From contig CAWJKT010000011.1 of the NCBI GenBank assembly GCA_963843375.1, positions 384,001 to 448,000 on the forward strand: DNA of 64,000 nucleotides. Reading direction: 5' to 3'. The translations under genes were made by a program, and so were the position numbers. The notes beneath the pieces are model-generated. The model saw only the letters and a list, made by a program, of their open reading frames with translations, made no database searches and was not told where the DNA came from. Positions 62,410 to 64,000 of this stretch are shown here, piece after piece. This DNA comes from an uncultured Pseudomonadota bacterium (GTDB lineage Bacteria; Oederibacteriota; Muellerivitia; Muellerivitales; Muellerivitaceae). How positions within the stretch are numbered: the first letter of the stretch is position 1; each line of letters starts with the position of its first letter.

Positions 62410-62428
62410 TGGCACCCGAGCCAAGATT
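62410..62428 (-). other. Possible isolated tRNA 3' end (att-site remnant)
   Basis: Minus strand AAT-CTTGG-CTCGGGT-G-CCA fits T-loop end, 5-nt T-stem strand, 7-nt acceptor strand, discriminator and CCA; no tRNA body upstream. Confidence 0.4.
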
Positions 62429-62576
62429 TATTTTCTCGACAGTCCTATTAATCCTCATTCTAAAATTTATTATTCCGTAAAAAGCGGAAGCCAAGCCCTC
62501 TTGGTTATTTAAAAACCGATCTTCCTCTCGATAAAATTCATTATTGAAAATACTTAATTTGCCCATGGGTCAGTCC

Positions 62577-63362
62577 CTAACGAACCACTTCATAATGAAT
62601 GGTTCCCCGGCCCAGCATGCCCGCGCCCGGTTGGGGTGAGGGGATGGGCGAACTGACATAGTGAGGCAGACCGGTTTTTCCATCCACGATGAAATAAATT
62701 TTGGGAGCAAAAACGGCGAACAAAGGATCTTCAATTTCCATCCGTATTTTGAGCCACTCGCCCGATTTCACCTGGGGCAGAAGCTCATGATCATCAATCT
62801 TTTCCCGAATCAGCCTAAAACCATACATTTTCAGTCTGTCCACGACCACCATTTGAAACGATATCGACTTGCCCGCCGTCAAAGCCACCAGTGAATCCAT
62901 AATGATGCGGTTGATGGAAGGCCCCACCGCGAAAAGTTTGGGCCGAGGGAATTGGGCCTTCTTGGTTTGGCCCTTTTGGGTCGTCTCAAGGATTAACGCC
63001 TTATCGGTCACCGTGAGATGGTTGACTTGTTCCAGTAAGGGATTGGTAGAAATAAAGGTTTTAGGCAAGCCTGCTTCAAACTCAACGGTCTGCACACTGA
63101 AAGGCTCTCCGTTATTATCCTTATCCACCAGTCGCAGTCGGTCCACGCCCTTCCCTTTTTCAGTCACGATACTAAGTGAATAAATCGGTTTCGCGTCCTC
63201 AAAATCCGAAAAATGTTCCCCCGCGCAAGCCTGGCCCATTAGGGTAATGGTTTGAAGCGCCCCTGCGACGAGGCCACTATTCGAGTCCTGGGCCGGAGCC
63301 ACCGAAACCATCAGCGCAAAGCCAACGTAAGCGAAAAACCCATTTCGGCATGATAATTTCAT
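62577..63362 (-). CDS. Secreted hypothetical protein
   Basis: 261-aa ORF with a signal peptide ending APA. Confidence 0.7.
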   Translation of the reverse strand: MKLSCRNGFFAYVGFALMVSVAPAQDSNSGLVAGALQTITLMGQACAGEHFSDFEDAKPIYSLSIVTEKGKGVDRLRLVDKDNNGEPFSVQTVEFEAGLPKTFISTNPLLEQVNHLTVTDKALILETTQKGQTKKAQFPRPKLFAVGPSINRIIMDSLVALTAGKSISFQMVVVDRLKMYGFRLIREKIDDHELLPQVKSGEWLKIRMEIEDPLFAVFAPKIYFIVDGKTGLPHYVSSPIPSPQPGAGMLGRGTIHYEVVR

Positions 63363-63563
63363 ATGGTTCTAAAGTATCCCATTACCTGTCCGCGTTGCTC
63401 GAAAGTGTGACGGTGGGCGGTCCAAAAGTATGACACCGCCCGCCTTGCAATCACCTTTCAATATGAGCATTTAATTTTAGCGGACAACCTTCCATGGTTT
63501 TAATCTGGACTCCGGTAAGGCGCTGAGACGGATGTTAACGAGTTCACGCCCTAAGACTCGAAG

Positions 63564-64000
63564 CTAATGTGGCGCCGGTCGCTCTGACACTTCTATTGGT
63601 TGTTGCATAATGACATCGAGCGCGACCACGTAGGCGAAAGCGACCGTAAAGAAGTCGATCGTTAACGCCGTGATGTAGACTGCGGCGGTATATTGAAGGC
63701 CGTCTAAAACGTAACAAAGCATCGCCATTGTCGCAGCGGAGCCTAATACAACGAAGACCAAAAATATTGTAGGCGGCGGTCCTTTGCCGACCACCTTGCG
63801 ACGTCGGTGCGGATAGGTGACCTGAAGCGACAGCATCGGTAGCGCGAAAAGCAAACCAGAGCCTCGCCAAATCCACTTTTCTGGAATGTCGTAGAGCGCA
63901 AAGAGCGTCGGCAGCAGCGCTCCCGCCGTCAAAACGAAAATGTGCGTCATGATCGTTTTTGCGAGGAATCTGTCAAGCAGTGAAAACCTTCCTCCAACGG
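63564..64000 (-). CDS. Membrane protein, 5' end probably outside the window
   Basis: Four hydrophobic segments; the frame stays open to the window edge. Confidence 0.6.
   Translation of the reverse strand, partial: VGGRFSLLDRFLAKTIMTHIFVLTAGALLPTLFALYDIPEKWIWRGSGLLFALPMLSLQVTYPHRRRKVVGKGPPPTIFLVFVVLGSAATMAMLCYVLDGLQYTAAVYITALTIDFFTVAFAYVVALDVIMQQPIEVSERPAPH

Overview
A bacterial chromosomal segment of about 50% GC with no rRNA, intact tRNA, CRISPR array or transposase that I can see. It holds: (i) a partial branched-chain amino acid ABC system (livK, livH, livM; no ATPase genes); (ii) a six-gene heme-copper oxidase operon (subunits II, I, III, IV, a second III and a small CxxC protein); (iii) metal and redox genes (ZIP, VIT1/CCC1, SodC, nitroreductase, pirin, YceI, a thioredoxin on a Thr-rich stalk); (iv) secreted polysaccharide-active and surface proteins with long Thr/Pro stalks (GH12, GH30, a 1570-aa protein with 22 copies of a 22-aa repeat), three of which end in a T9SS-CTD/FlgD-like domain; (v) a divergent pair of transglutaminase-family genes (degenerate amidotransferase-TGase fusion and DUF2126 TGase-amidoligase); and (vi) an AT-rich right end with an orphan XRE gene and a possible tRNA 3'-end att remnant. 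The Thr-stalk-plus-CTD architecture suggests an uncultured lineage such as FCPU426 or Goldbacteria-like organisms (inference only). The most striking signal is the oxidase: it is A1-type with intact CuB, heme, CuA, Tyr and D-channel residues, but the K-channel positions I could align (subunit I Lys, Thr, Ser; subunit II Glu) are all substituted. The SodC also looks copper-only. Many genes carry 1-bp frameshifts, several in homopolymer runs, most likely consensus errors. All alignments were made by eye against remembered consensus motifs; no searches were run.
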